Source: a virus (lineage: Duplodnaviria; Caudoviricetes). From it: DNA of 30,908 bases. The translations under genes were made by a program, and so were the position numbers. Position 1 is the first letter of the stretch. Each line of letters opens with the position of its first letter. The stretch spans positions 1 to 30,908 of the IMG/VR virus record IMGVR_UViG_3300036801_000124, one strand, 5' to 3'. Under the pieces are notes generated by a model. That model had not been told where the DNA came from. It saw only the letters and a program-made list of their open reading frames with translations, and did no database searches. This document shows positions 23,881 through 30,908 of this stretch, one piece after another.

Positions 23881-24110
23881 GTCGGACGCAGCCGATTAGT
23901 CACGGTGATCTCGGTCAACACGCTGCCGCAGGCCGGGCAGTGAGTCCATTCGCGCGGCATATCTTCCTCAGTGCCGTGGAAACCGCGCTCGCAGTGGAAG
24001 GTTGTGCAGCCCCAGTAGACGCGGACAGCGTTCACTCGTGGCCCGTCGTCGCGCGATTCGCCAGCACCGCCGAGCACGTCGCCGTCCCCGGCGGTGTCTG
24101 GCGCATCCAT
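23877..24110 (-). CDS. Small Zn-ribbon protein (start uncertain)
   Basis: C....C...CPACG. Confidence 0.5.
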   Translation of the reverse strand: MDAPDTAGDGDVLGGAGESRDDGPRVNAVRVYWGCTTFHCERGFHGTEEDMPREWTHCPACGSVLTEITVTNRLRPT

Positions 24111-24112
24111 GC

Positions 24113-24340
24113 TTAGGAGTCGGCGTCGGACGTGTAGCCACCCTCATCCGGGTGGACATGGCGAGCCTCATCCGTCGCAGACTCCGGCTGCTCCGGCTCG
24201 CCGTAGCCCGGTGCTTCCTCGTCCGGGGTCGGCTGTCCGGCGGACTCGACCGCCGCCTCCGTGCGCGCGGCGACCTCCTCGTCGCTCGGTGCCTCCGGAG
24301 TTGCCTCAACCTCGGCCTGCTCTGCCGGTGTCTCACTCAC
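24113..24340 (-). CDS. Small highly acidic low-complexity protein
   Basis: E/P/A-rich; GGGAGG SD. Confidence 0.6.
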   Translation of the reverse strand: MSETPAEQAEVEATPEAPSDEEVAARTEAAVESAGQPTPDEEAPGYGEPEQPESATDEARHVHPDEGGYTSDADS

Positions 24341-24524
24341 TGGTGCCTCCCTTCTCGATTGCGCGCTTCGACCAGAGGAACGCTTCCTCCAGCTTCGTCG
24401 CGATGATGGCCTTCTCCCGGCCCACCGGGTCTTCCGGGTTGCCGGTCAGGTCTTGAACGGCGAACAGGGCCGCCTCGATGTCGTCTCTGACCTCGCGGAG
24501 CACCTGGAGCGCGCCCTCGTCCAT
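24333..24524 (-). CDS. Acb2/Tad1-like helical hairpin protein (candidate nucleotide-signal sponge)
   Basis: GREKAIIATKLEEAFLWSKRAI matches the RE.A...TKLEEA..W signature; TGATG coupling. Confidence 0.6.
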   Translation of the reverse strand: MDEGALQVLREVRDDIEAALFAVQDLTGNPEDPVGREKAIIATKLEEAFLWSKRAIEKGGTSE

Positions 24525-25321
24525 CACTCGCCTCCTCGTAGAGGTGCCGGATCTTCTATCAGTGTGGTGTCGTCGTGGGGCTGGTGGATCTCGAACGCAT
24601 TGTGGAACGACGCCACGATCTGCTCGTCCGAGTCGCCGTCGTAACAACGCCAGCCAACACCATAGGTTGCGGGCAGGCTCGTGACGGCGTAGGCGAGGCG
24701 GCCGTTCTTGATCTTGCGGAGGAACTGCTGCTCGCTGCGCCAGGAGAAGTGGCGGACGTTGAATGGGCCATCGACGGTGAGCGTCTTGCCGTTGGTCTGC
24801 GCGCCGTGGTTGCCCATCTCGATGTAGAGGTCCGGCCGCAACCGGCAGATCACCTTGAACATGCCGAATGTGCGCTGACGCCACCGGATCCGCTTGACCG
24901 GGTTCTCCTGGTACGTGTCGTCGCTCGTGGTGCAGAGGTGGTTGAAGACGGGGACGCGGAAGATGCCGACATCGGGGCCGCAGCCGCCTAGATGGTCCTT
25001 GATCCGGACACGCGGGTCGTTGTGCTGCCAGATCTCGTCGGCGTCCACTGGCACGACCCAGCGGTGTCCACGCGCGAGCGCTTCCATCGCGAGCCCGGTC
25101 GTCTTGCGATCCTGGTAGTAGCCAACCTCCAGGTCGCCGTGAACCTGAAGTCGTTCGCCGAACTCCTCGATGAGAGCCATAAGGATGTCGGGCGTAGCGT
25201 CGGCGCTCATGTTGTCGGCAACGATCACCTCGTCCACGTGCCAGAGCAGGTGCCGGATCGTGGTCTCGATGATGTCGGACTCGTCTTTACACAACATCAC
25301 GGCGCACACACCGCCGCTCAC
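24524..25321 (-). CDS. Glycosyltransferase family 2-like
   Basis: CAVML.KDE.DII...I.H, VIVADN.S.D.T..IL, WVVPVDADEIW, VRHFSWRS..QF..K. Confidence 0.85.
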   Translation of the reverse strand: MSGGVCAVMLCKDESDIIETTIRHLLWHVDEVIVADNMSADATPDILMALIEEFGERLQVHGDLEVGYYQDRKTTGLAMEALARGHRWVVPVDADEIWQHNDPRVRIKDHLGGCGPDVGIFRVPVFNHLCTTSDDTYQENPVKRIRWRQRTFGMFKVICRLRPDLYIEMGNHGAQTNGKTLTVDGPFNVRHFSWRSEQQFLRKIKNGRLAYAVTSLPATYGVGWRCYDGDSDEQIVASFHNAFEIHQPHDDTTLIEDPAPLRGGE

Positions 25322-25815
25322 TTCGCCCTCCGCTTCCGCATGTAATCGCGGATGTAGTCGCGGCGGCAGATCCGGCAGCCGCGCCGACCGTCCGGATAGC
25401 TGTAGACGTTGTCGTCCGTGAGGTCGTGGCCCTTGTCGCAGATCGTCTTGCGCGAGTTACGGGCTGGTGCTCCTTCGCCTCGCAGAATGTTTTCGCGATT
25501 CGTGACGGCTTCGAGGTGCGCCGGGTTGACGCAGTTCCGCACACGGCAGAGGTGGTCAATCGTTGCGCCTTCGGGGATCGGCCCGTAGGCCAGTTCGTAT
25601 GCCTGCCGGTGGGCACCGATGGACTGGTACGAACGTGGTGTGAAGCGCCCGTACCCATCCGCGCCAGTCGCGCCCGTCCAGAGCCAGCACCGACCGAGCG
25701 TTGGATACTCGGGGCCGTGGCGGTCGATCTTCGCCTCGAAGCGTTCGGTAAGGGACACGCCGACATCATATTCCTCGTCCTTGACGAGCATGACCGCGCA
25801 GACGCCGCCGCTCAC
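25280..25815 (-). repeat. Duplicated 14-codon gene start (25774-25815 and 25280-25321) bracketing the HNH gene
   Basis: MSGGVCAVMLVKDE versus MSGGVCAVMLCKDE; 32/42 nt identical. Confidence 0.85.
25318..25815 (-). CDS. HNH homing endonuclease fused to the captured glycosyltransferase N-terminus
   Basis: ERFEAKI...CWLWTGA...GYG.F...AHR.AYEL..GPIPEG..IDHLCR.R.CVNP.HLEAVT..EN..RG...KT.C..GH...R.C..C. Confidence 0.92.
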   Translation of the reverse strand: MSGGVCAVMLVKDEEYDVGVSLTERFEAKIDRHGPEYPTLGRCWLWTGATGADGYGRFTPRSYQSIGAHRQAYELAYGPIPEGATIDHLCRVRNCVNPAHLEAVTNRENILRGEGAPARNSRKTICDKGHDLTDDNVYSYPDGRRGCRICRRDYIRDYMRKRRAK

Positions 25816-26024
25816 TCCGCTCCTCGGATCTCGCCGTGGGTGATCTCGCGCCACGGCGACGGCTTCGGGGTGATCTTGCGCCGCAGCTTGCGGATTAGCC
25901 GGTCGCGCGTCCACGCCCGGTAGTACGTCGAGCAGTCGAACTCAGCGAGCGTTTCGTCTGGATTGACTGCGACCCACCAGAGACCCGTCCAGCTTCGCCG
26001 AATCCAGAAGCGCTTCTCGGTCAT
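25812..26024 (-). CDS. Hypothetical Trp/Arg-rich protein
   Basis: ATGA and GTGA coupling. Confidence 0.55.
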   Translation of the reverse strand: MTEKRFWIRRSWTGLWWVAVNPDETLAEFDCSTYYRAWTRDRLIRKLRRKITPKPSPWREITHGEIRGAE

Positions 26025-26626
26025 CGGAACACAACTCCGATGCCGCCCCACTGGCCGCCGTGAGACGCCGGGCGGCGATCCACGATCTCGACCGTGTTCG
26101 GCTCCGACGCGACGATCTCGTTCCAGACCGGCTCAACCTCGACCCCAGATACGGGCGGGTGCGGCAGGATGTCGTGCAGCGCGATGATCCCGGGGCGGAC
26201 AAGCACCTCGTAGCGTTCCCAGTCCCGACGGACGCCTCGCTCGGAGTGGTCGCCGTCGATCAGGAGCAGGTCTGGTCTGGGGCCGAGACGGGAGATGCCC
26301 ACGGTAAGCGAGTTGCCGCGCACGACCTGGAAGTCACTTGCGCCCGCGTCACGGATCAAGTCGTGCAGTGCGGCGTCCGGGAGGCACTGCGCGCCGCCGT
26401 GCGGGCCTCCGGGGAGGTCAATCGAGACGTAGCACGACCCTTCACCGAAGACGCTGGCGAGCGCCCAGAGGGTTCCTCCGGTCGCAGTGCCGATCTCCCA
26501 GATGGTCGGATAGCGCTCGTCGAAGTGGCTGTGAAGGAGGCAGAGGAAGGCGGCGAGTTCGGTGCGCTTCTGCATTGCGCCGTGGACATCTATCGCGTCG
26601 TCGGCTATCCCGAGGAAGTCGATCAT
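26021..26626 (-). CDS. Class I SAM-dependent methyltransferase (Methyltransf_24-like)
   Basis: WEIGT..GGT, VSID, DLLLIDGDHS..GV..DW..Y..LV.PG.IALHDI. Confidence 0.85.
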   Translation of the reverse strand: MIDFLGIADDAIDVHGAMQKRTELAAFLCLLHSHFDERYPTIWEIGTATGGTLWALASVFGEGSCYVSIDLPGGPHGGAQCLPDAALHDLIRDAGASDFQVVRGNSLTVGISRLGPRPDLLLIDGDHSERGVRRDWERYEVLVRPGIIALHDILPHPPVSGVEVEPVWNEIVASEPNTVEIVDRRPASHGGQWGGIGVVFR

Positions 26627-27351
26627 CCCGTCCACGTGAACCCATCACTGCGCTCCGGGCGGCGACCTTCGCGCATGTCGCGCACCGCCTCAACGCCCTC
26701 CGCCGCCGCATCGCGGTACTCGGCCGCCAGCACGAACCCTTCGACGTAGCCGATACCGCCAGGAACCGACTCGGGGAGACGCGGATGCCACGAGTGAAAC
26801 AGTGGCCCATCGACCCGGCGCTCTGGGTTGCCGGTGTAGGCGTGGCAGGCGTAGGCGAACGCGGCATCGTCGCCGCCCCAGAGCCCGAACCGCTCGTCGT
26901 AACCGTGGGCCTTCTCCCACGTCGAACGCGAGAAGACGGTGATCGGGCCGCAGCCGCCGCTCCCCGAGAACTGGCAGTCGGCCTCGGCCACGGCGTCGGG
27001 GAGGTCGCCGGACGGGAGGGCGTGCATCCGTGCGGTCGCCTCTTCGTTGAGGTAGTGGTAGGTCGAGTAGGGCACGATGAGACCGTCCCGAAAGCTCGCG
27101 CCAGTGATCGCGTAGAGGATCTGCCAGAGCGGGGCGACGCTGTCAGGATCGGCCTGGACGATCACGTCCCCCTCCGCTTCTCTGATGGCGGCGTTGAGTC
27201 CGGCTGCTCGCGTGAACGGCTCGGGCGTCCCGACGACAAGCTCGGCGTGCGGGAAGTGGTGATTCCAGTAGCGGCGCGTGAACACGAACGCGGCCCGTCG
27301 GTGCGGGTCGCCCATGTCCTTCCACGCGCAGACGATGGAGACGGCGGTCAT
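26623..27351 (-). CDS. Glycosyltransferase (GT2/GT7-C-like)
   Basis: F.RA.GLN......GDVIVQADPD, GYDERF..WGGDD..F, LFH.WHP. Confidence 0.85.
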   Translation of the reverse strand: MTAVSIVCAWKDMGDPHRRAAFVFTRRYWNHHFPHAELVVGTPEPFTRAAGLNAAIREAEGDVIVQADPDSVAPLWQILYAITGASFRDGLIVPYSTYHYLNEEATARMHALPSGDLPDAVAEADCQFSGSGGCGPITVFSRSTWEKAHGYDERFGLWGGDDAAFAYACHAYTGNPERRVDGPLFHSWHPRLPESVPGGIGYVEGFVLAAEYRDAAAEGVEAVRDMREGRRPERSDGFTWTG

Positions 27352-27617
27352 TCCGACTGCACCTCGACGACGCGCGCCTGGAGCGCCCGCTCCACCTGGC
27401 CAAGCCAGTGCTCGGCGATGGCCGCGCCGATGCTCTCAGCGGGCCAGAGCGCACGGTAAGGGCCGATGATCTTCCCCTTGCAGGCCATGAAGACCTGGTT
27501 CGCCCGCCACTGTCGTTCGGCCTCGGGCGGCATCACGTTCCCGGCGGGGTTGAGCACGCGGATGTCGCCCGGCTTCACCTCGTCCGGCTGCGGTTGTGGG
27601 CGTCCGGCGCGGCTCAT
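27348..27617 (-). CDS. Hypothetical protein
   Basis: ATGA coupling at both ends. Confidence 0.5.
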   Translation of the reverse strand: MSRAGRPQPQPDEVKPGDIRVLNPAGNVMPPEAERQWRANQVFMACKGKIIGPYRALWPAESIGAAIAEHWLGQVERALQARVVEVQSE

Positions 27618-27691
27618 GGGGCCGCTCTCGCAACGATGATGCCGAGCACGAACGAGGCCAGGCAGAGGAGGATGATCCAATCCGTCGTCAT
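27614..27691 (-). CDS. 25-aa single-TM peptide
   Basis: MTTDWIILLCLASFVLGIIVARAAP; ATGA overlaps at both ends fill the gap exactly. Confidence 0.55.
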   Translation of the reverse strand: MTTDWIILLCLASFVLGIIVARAAP

Positions 27692-28410
27692 GGGTTGGTG
27701 AGGCGGTCGCGCTCGGCGACGCGCCAGCCGTAGATGTCGGGATGGACGACGGCGCGATGGCTGAGATGCCACTCGACGCGCTGGAGCTTCTCGCTGAAGA
27801 ACTCCACCTGGCCGAACAGGAGCATGTTCTGGCGGTACCACGGCTCGACGCGCTCGTCGTTCCAGAACTCCCAGCGGAGGAAGTCGGTGCAGGAGTAGCC
27901 CTTGTCGGCGAACAGCGTCGCCCAGTAGTCGGGCCACTGCTCGTTGACGTGGCCGTGGCCGCCCTGGTTCGGGATCGCCGCCGAGAACAGGACGACGGGC
28001 GCGAGTTGGCAGAGTCCTTCCACCAGCGCCTCCGCCTGCTCGGGCGGTAGATGCTCGCCGACTTCAAGGCAGACGGCGAGGTCGAAGTCGGGTGATCCGC
28101 CGTGAGTGTCGCTGATCGCCAGGCGCTCGTCGGCGAGTCTTGCCGCCCACGAGGGTTCGAGCAGATCGCACGGCATGAGGTCGAGTCGGTGGTCGCTGTC
28201 GGTCTCGAATCGCCATTCCTCGAAGGTCTCGTCGGCGACCATGACGGAAGCCCCGAGGTCATAGAAGGCGCGGCCCCACCACCCCTCGCCGCCGCCGACA
28301 TCAACCACGGTCGAGGGCTTCACGAGGTCGTACACGGTCGGCACGACGGCGGCGGCGCTGCGTTGCGCGCCTTCGCGGATCTGCTCGTACACCTCGGGCG
28401 TGAATGTCAC
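27688..28410 (-). CDS. Class I SAM-dependent methyltransferase
   Basis: VVDVGGGEG.W, FDLAVCLEV.EHL, LFSAA.P.QGG.GHVNEQW..YW, W....V..WY.QN. Confidence 0.85.
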   Translation of the reverse strand: MTFTPEVYEQIREGAQRSAAAVVPTVYDLVKPSTVVDVGGGEGWWGRAFYDLGASVMVADETFEEWRFETDSDHRLDLMPCDLLEPSWAARLADERLAISDTHGGSPDFDLAVCLEVGEHLPPEQAEALVEGLCQLAPVVLFSAAIPNQGGHGHVNEQWPDYWATLFADKGYSCTDFLRWEFWNDERVEPWYRQNMLLFGQVEFFSEKLQRVEWHLSHRAVVHPDIYGWRVAERDRLTNP

Positions 28411-28637
28411 GACCGCCTCCCGAATCTCGTGAGTCCGCGCCGAATCGGCTTGAAGCTGAGGCGGCAGTAGGCGATCCCCGACTCCGACCAGCCTGCGTGA
28501 AGTTCGAGCGTGACACGGCCGGGTTCGGTGACTTCGAGGGTCGTCTTGTCGCCCATTCGGACGAGCCAGCCGTCGTCGGGACGCGCCTCTCCGGACGGGA
28601 CGGAGCGCTGGACGCGGATCATCCTATCCCCGCCCAT
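28407..28637 (-). CDS. Hypothetical protein
   Basis: TGATG and GTGA coupling. Confidence 0.5.
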   Translation of the reverse strand: MGGDRMIRVQRSVPSGEARPDDGWLVRMGDKTTLEVTEPGRVTLELHAGWSESGIAYCRLSFKPIRRGLTRFGRRS

Positions 28638-28909
28638 CACTCGGCCACCACCCATTCCTCCGATCCGTACTCGCCCTTGAACTCGTTGACTGGAATCGCC
28701 TCGACGGTGACGCGGAACGCCCGGAACCAGTCGCGGCCGACGCAGTCGAACACGAGCTTGCCGTCGCGGTGCCGCCAAGTGTTGTCCGCCGTCTCGCCCT
28801 CAGCGAACGGCCTCGGGTGCATCCGAACTTCACTCTGAGTCGGGCACGTCTCCCCCTCCTTCAGCGCGCGGCGGATCGTGAGGACGACATCGTCGCCATG
28901 AATCCCCAT
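28637..28909 (-). CDS. Hypothetical protein
   Basis: TGATG coupling. Confidence 0.55.
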   Translation of the reverse strand: MGIHGDDVVLTIRRALKEGETCPTQSEVRMHPRPFAEGETADNTWRHRDGKLVFDCVGRDWFRAFRVTVEAIPVNEFKGEYGSEEWVVAE

Positions 28910-29247
28910 CAGCAGTCGCCCTCGTGGCCGAGGCCCCAGGTGAGACGATCACCGACGCGGACGGAGATGCCACCGAACATGGATGACAACATCTCGGCGT
29001 CAGTGTCGGTTGAGACTGCGACTTCGCCGTGACGCTCGGGCCGGAAGCGAAGCGTCCGCCAACGCGAGGGGAGATCATCTAGGTCGTCGGGGGACTCAAT
29101 CCGCGCGACGCCGGGTCGGCCAAGCTCCTCCATCACCACGAGCACGACGCGAGCCCAGAGAGGGTCCAGGTTGTCGTTCGCGGCCCGCATCGTCACGGAG
29201 ACGGCGAAGTCGTCGTTCGAGAAGTGCATCGAGTGGTCGGTCTCCAT
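28909..29247 (-). CDS. Hypothetical protein
   Basis: GAGGAGG SD and TGATG overlap at 29247. Confidence 0.6.
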   Translation of the reverse strand: METDHSMHFSNDDFAVSVTMRAANDNLDPLWARVVLVVMEELGRPGVARIESPDDLDDLPSRWRTLRFRPERHGEVAVSTDTDAEMLSSMFGGISVRVGDRLTWGLGHEGDC

Positions 29248-29945
29248 CAGTAGCCTCCTCCGCTGCCGTCGCGGCGTCCAATGTGCTGCACCCACGGCTC
29301 GCCGGAGCCCCAGACGCCGAAGCTGAAGCCGCGCTTGACGAGGTCGATGCTGAAGCGTCCCTCGCATTGGCCCGCGTCGTCGTCGGGCCACGGGTTGAGC
29401 GCCATGAACTCGGAGCGCATCAGGGATGGGTTCGTCGTGAAGTAGGAGCGATGCGACTGCCAGATACACACATCGCCCGGCACGTTCGTGATCGGCGGCT
29501 CGGGCACCCACATGCGCGGCGTGTAGTCGTCCCGACGCATCTCGAACAGACCACCAGCCGCGATCTCCGCCTGCGCGACCGGCGTCCTCATCAACTGCAT
29601 CTGGGCGACCGTCGGATCGGCGCGCAGCGTCGCCGCGAGCGGTTCGAGATCGACCGGTCGCAGGAACACGAAGTCGTGCTCCAGCCAGAAGACGAACTCG
29701 GTCTCGCCGTCGGACGCCCACTTCCAAAGCCGCCCCGTCGCGCGACAGAAGCCCCGCTGCTCCGAGTCGAAGCTCTGCTCGGCGAGCAGATCGAGCGCGC
29801 GGACGGGAGCTTGTCTGGGGCCGTCGCAGTGGACGGCGATCCGTGACGGACGCGGAGTCACCTTGTCCTGGAACGAGGCGAGGACCTGGTAGATCGTCCG
29901 GCCTGGTCCGTGGGTGAGCACGGCGAGCGTGTAGTCGAGGGCCAC
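29247..29945 (-). CDS. Glycosyltransferase-like protein (GT-A fold)
   Basis: LAVLTHG, VFWLEHDFVF.RPVDL, Q.QL.R.P, FTTNPSL, V.HIG. Confidence 0.7.
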   Translation of the reverse strand: MALDYTLAVLTHGPGRTIYQVLASFQDKVTPRPSRIAVHCDGPRQAPVRALDLLAEQSFDSEQRGFCRATGRLWKWASDGETEFVFWLEHDFVFLRPVDLEPLAATLRADPTVAQMQLMRTPVAQAEIAAGGLFEMRRDDYTPRMWVPEPPITNVPGDVCIWQSHRSYFTTNPSLMRSEFMALNPWPDDDAGQCEGRFSIDLVKRGFSFGVWGSGEPWVQHIGRRDGSGGGY

Positions 29946-29948
29946 GGG

Positions 29949-29962
29949 CTACGACGGTAGCA
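29949..29962 (-). promoter_or_regulatory. Extended -10 TGC-TACCGT within CTAC-N4-GTAG, 8 nt before GTG29945
   Basis: Same 14-mer as 13388-13401; lies in a short intergenic gap. Confidence 0.6.
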
Positions 29963-29972
29963 TGAGACTCGG

Positions 29973-30428
29973 TCAGCGCATGATGCGGCCGTCGGGCCAC
30001 GGCTCGTCGGTCAGCGCGAACGTCATGAAGTCGGGCGGCGAGTGCTCGGGATGGGTGAACCCGAAGTGCTCGAAGAAGGGGACGCAGTCGTACGGCGCGT
30101 GGGTCGTCATGAAGATCGTGAGCGCGTGGGTCGTCGCCTCCTCCGTCGCTCCGGCGAGCAGGTTCCGGGCGTGGCCCTTGCCGCGATGGTCGGGATCGAC
30201 GCCGATCCAGACGATCTCGCTGGTGCTGATCGTGGTCCCGGCCTCGCCGATGCCAGCACCGGGCGCGAACTCGCGGCGGACGACGTAGCGGCGGGCGCGG
30301 AGCCCGATCACGGCGCGCGTGTGGACGATGAAGGGGTTGTCGTCGTCGTTCTCCTCGATGTTGCGGTACGTCGAGACCGGCGGTACCTCGTCGCCGAAGA
30401 GAAGCTGAAGCAGATCGTCGCGGTTCAC
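29973..30428 (-). CDS. GNAT-family acetyltransferase
   Basis: IVWIGVDPDHRGKGHARNLL and FFEHFGF; GTG30428 is coupled to the upstream stop. Confidence 0.8.
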   Translation of the reverse strand: MNRDDLLQLLFGDEVPPVSTYRNIEENDDDNPFIVHTRAVIGLRARRYVVRREFAPGAGIGEAGTTISTSEIVWIGVDPDHRGKGHARNLLAGATEEATTHALTIFMTTHAPYDCVPFFEHFGFTHPEHSPPDFMTFALTDEPWPDGRIMR

Positions 30429-30724
30429 GGCAGCTTCACGTGTTTGACGATCACCGTGACCAGAAGCTCGATCAGCAGCGTCAGCATTAGCTCGCGGAGG
30501 AAGAACGCGGTGACGGCGACCACAATCCCAACCGTGCCGAAGACGGCGAACAGAACCGTCGCGAGCGCGAGCGCGACGACGAGTTCGACGGCGACCTTCG
30601 CGCGGGTACGCGTGCGGCGGAAGCGAATCAGGATGTCGGTGGTCTTCTCCAGCCAGCGGATCCGGCGGTGGGATTCGTAGAGGTCGCTCCACGGATCGAC
30701 CGAGTCATCGTCCCAGTGCCTCAC
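30425..30724 (-). CDS. Membrane protein
   Basis: Long hydrophobic C-terminal half; GTGA coupling. Confidence 0.6.
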   Translation of the reverse strand: MRHWDDDSVDPWSDLYESHRRIRWLEKTTDILIRFRRTRTRAKVAVELVVALALATVLFAVFGTVGIVVAVTAFFLRELMLTLLIELLVTVIVKHVKLP

Positions 30725-30908
30725 GGCAGCAGCCAGTTCGGGTGATCGAGCGTCCAGTGGACAGTGCGCTCCAGCGACTCGGCGAGCGGCACCGGCGGCG
30801 TCCAGCCGAGCCGTGTCATCTTGCCGCCGTCGAGGGCGTAGCGAAGATCGTGGCCGGGCCGCGACGAGTGGAAATCAGCCAACTCGTAGTCGAGCTTGGA
30901 CCCGGCGA
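30721..30908 (-). CDS. rmlB: C-terminus of a dTDP-glucose 4,6-dehydratase-like NDP-sugar dehydratase (partial)
   Basis: Translated by hand: DFHSSRPGHDLRYALDGGKMTRLGWTPPVPLAESLERTVHWTLDHPNWL; RPGHD.RYA.D..K...LGW.P is the RmlB C-terminal signature. Confidence 0.8.
   Translation of the reverse strand, partial: AGSKLDYELADFHSSRPGHDLRYALDGGKMTRLGWTPPVPLAESLERTVHWTLDHPNWLLP

Larger units (their letters stand above)
1..30908. mobile_element. Tailed phage/prophage segment (head-assembly module, accessory cassette, glycosylation cluster), probably with an actinobacterial host
   Basis: Portal, MuF, prohead protease and many small translationally coupled genes (ATGA/GTGA/TGATG overlaps); no housekeeping genes; high GC; TANNNT promoters close to start codons. 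No att site or integrase is visible, so free phage and prophage cannot be distinguished. Confidence 0.9.

Noticed and set aside
25287-25769. 160-aa alternative-frame ORF across the third HNH
   Set aside because: It does not join the GT frame and ends inside the GT start, so this element is not a read-through type.
27348-30692. Long ORF-track calls 27348-28304, 28909-30000 and 29973-30692
   Set aside because: Their upstream parts are shifted-frame shadows of neighbouring genes; real starts were placed at stop-start overlaps (27617, 29247, 30428).
1-30908. CRISPR array, tRNA/rRNA, DGR, integrase/att, terminase
   Set aside because: No spaced repeats, cloverleaf, reverse transcriptase, recombinase or terminase motifs were recognised by eye.

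Overview
High-GC (~69%) tailed-phage or prophage segment with actinobacteriophage-like head genes, mostly on the minus strand. Right to left it holds: (i) a sugar-modification cluster (RmlB-like dehydratase C-terminus, GNAT, three glycosyltransferases, two SAM methyltransferases) with an Acb2/Tad1-like small protein; (ii) small Zn-finger and membrane genes, DUF1360 and a duplicated holin-like gene; (iii) the portal; (iv) a 2023-aa MuF-based multidomain protein (2H phosphoesterase, MuF, ParB-like, GNAT, several ADP-ribosyltransferase-like domains); (v) an ~8-kb divergent accessory cassette (ArdC, ART-like, HD, HicA-like) with a recurrent CTAC-N4-GTAG palindrome at its promoters; (vi) a 1091-aa capsid maturation protease/scaffold and downstream genes. 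The most unusual observation is two homing-endonuclease genes (a LAGLIDADG and an HNH) lying wholly inside head genes, on the same strand in the +1 frame. Neither has visible intron or intein features. The host frame stays open through both and reads as an acidic or polar Ser/Gly/Ala-rich linker, and the codon patterns suggest selection on both frames. A third HNH uses another harmless-insertion route: it captures the first 14 codons of a glycosyltransferase gene and supplies a recoded replacement start. All family assignments come from motif recognition by eye; no searches were run, and all counts are by hand.
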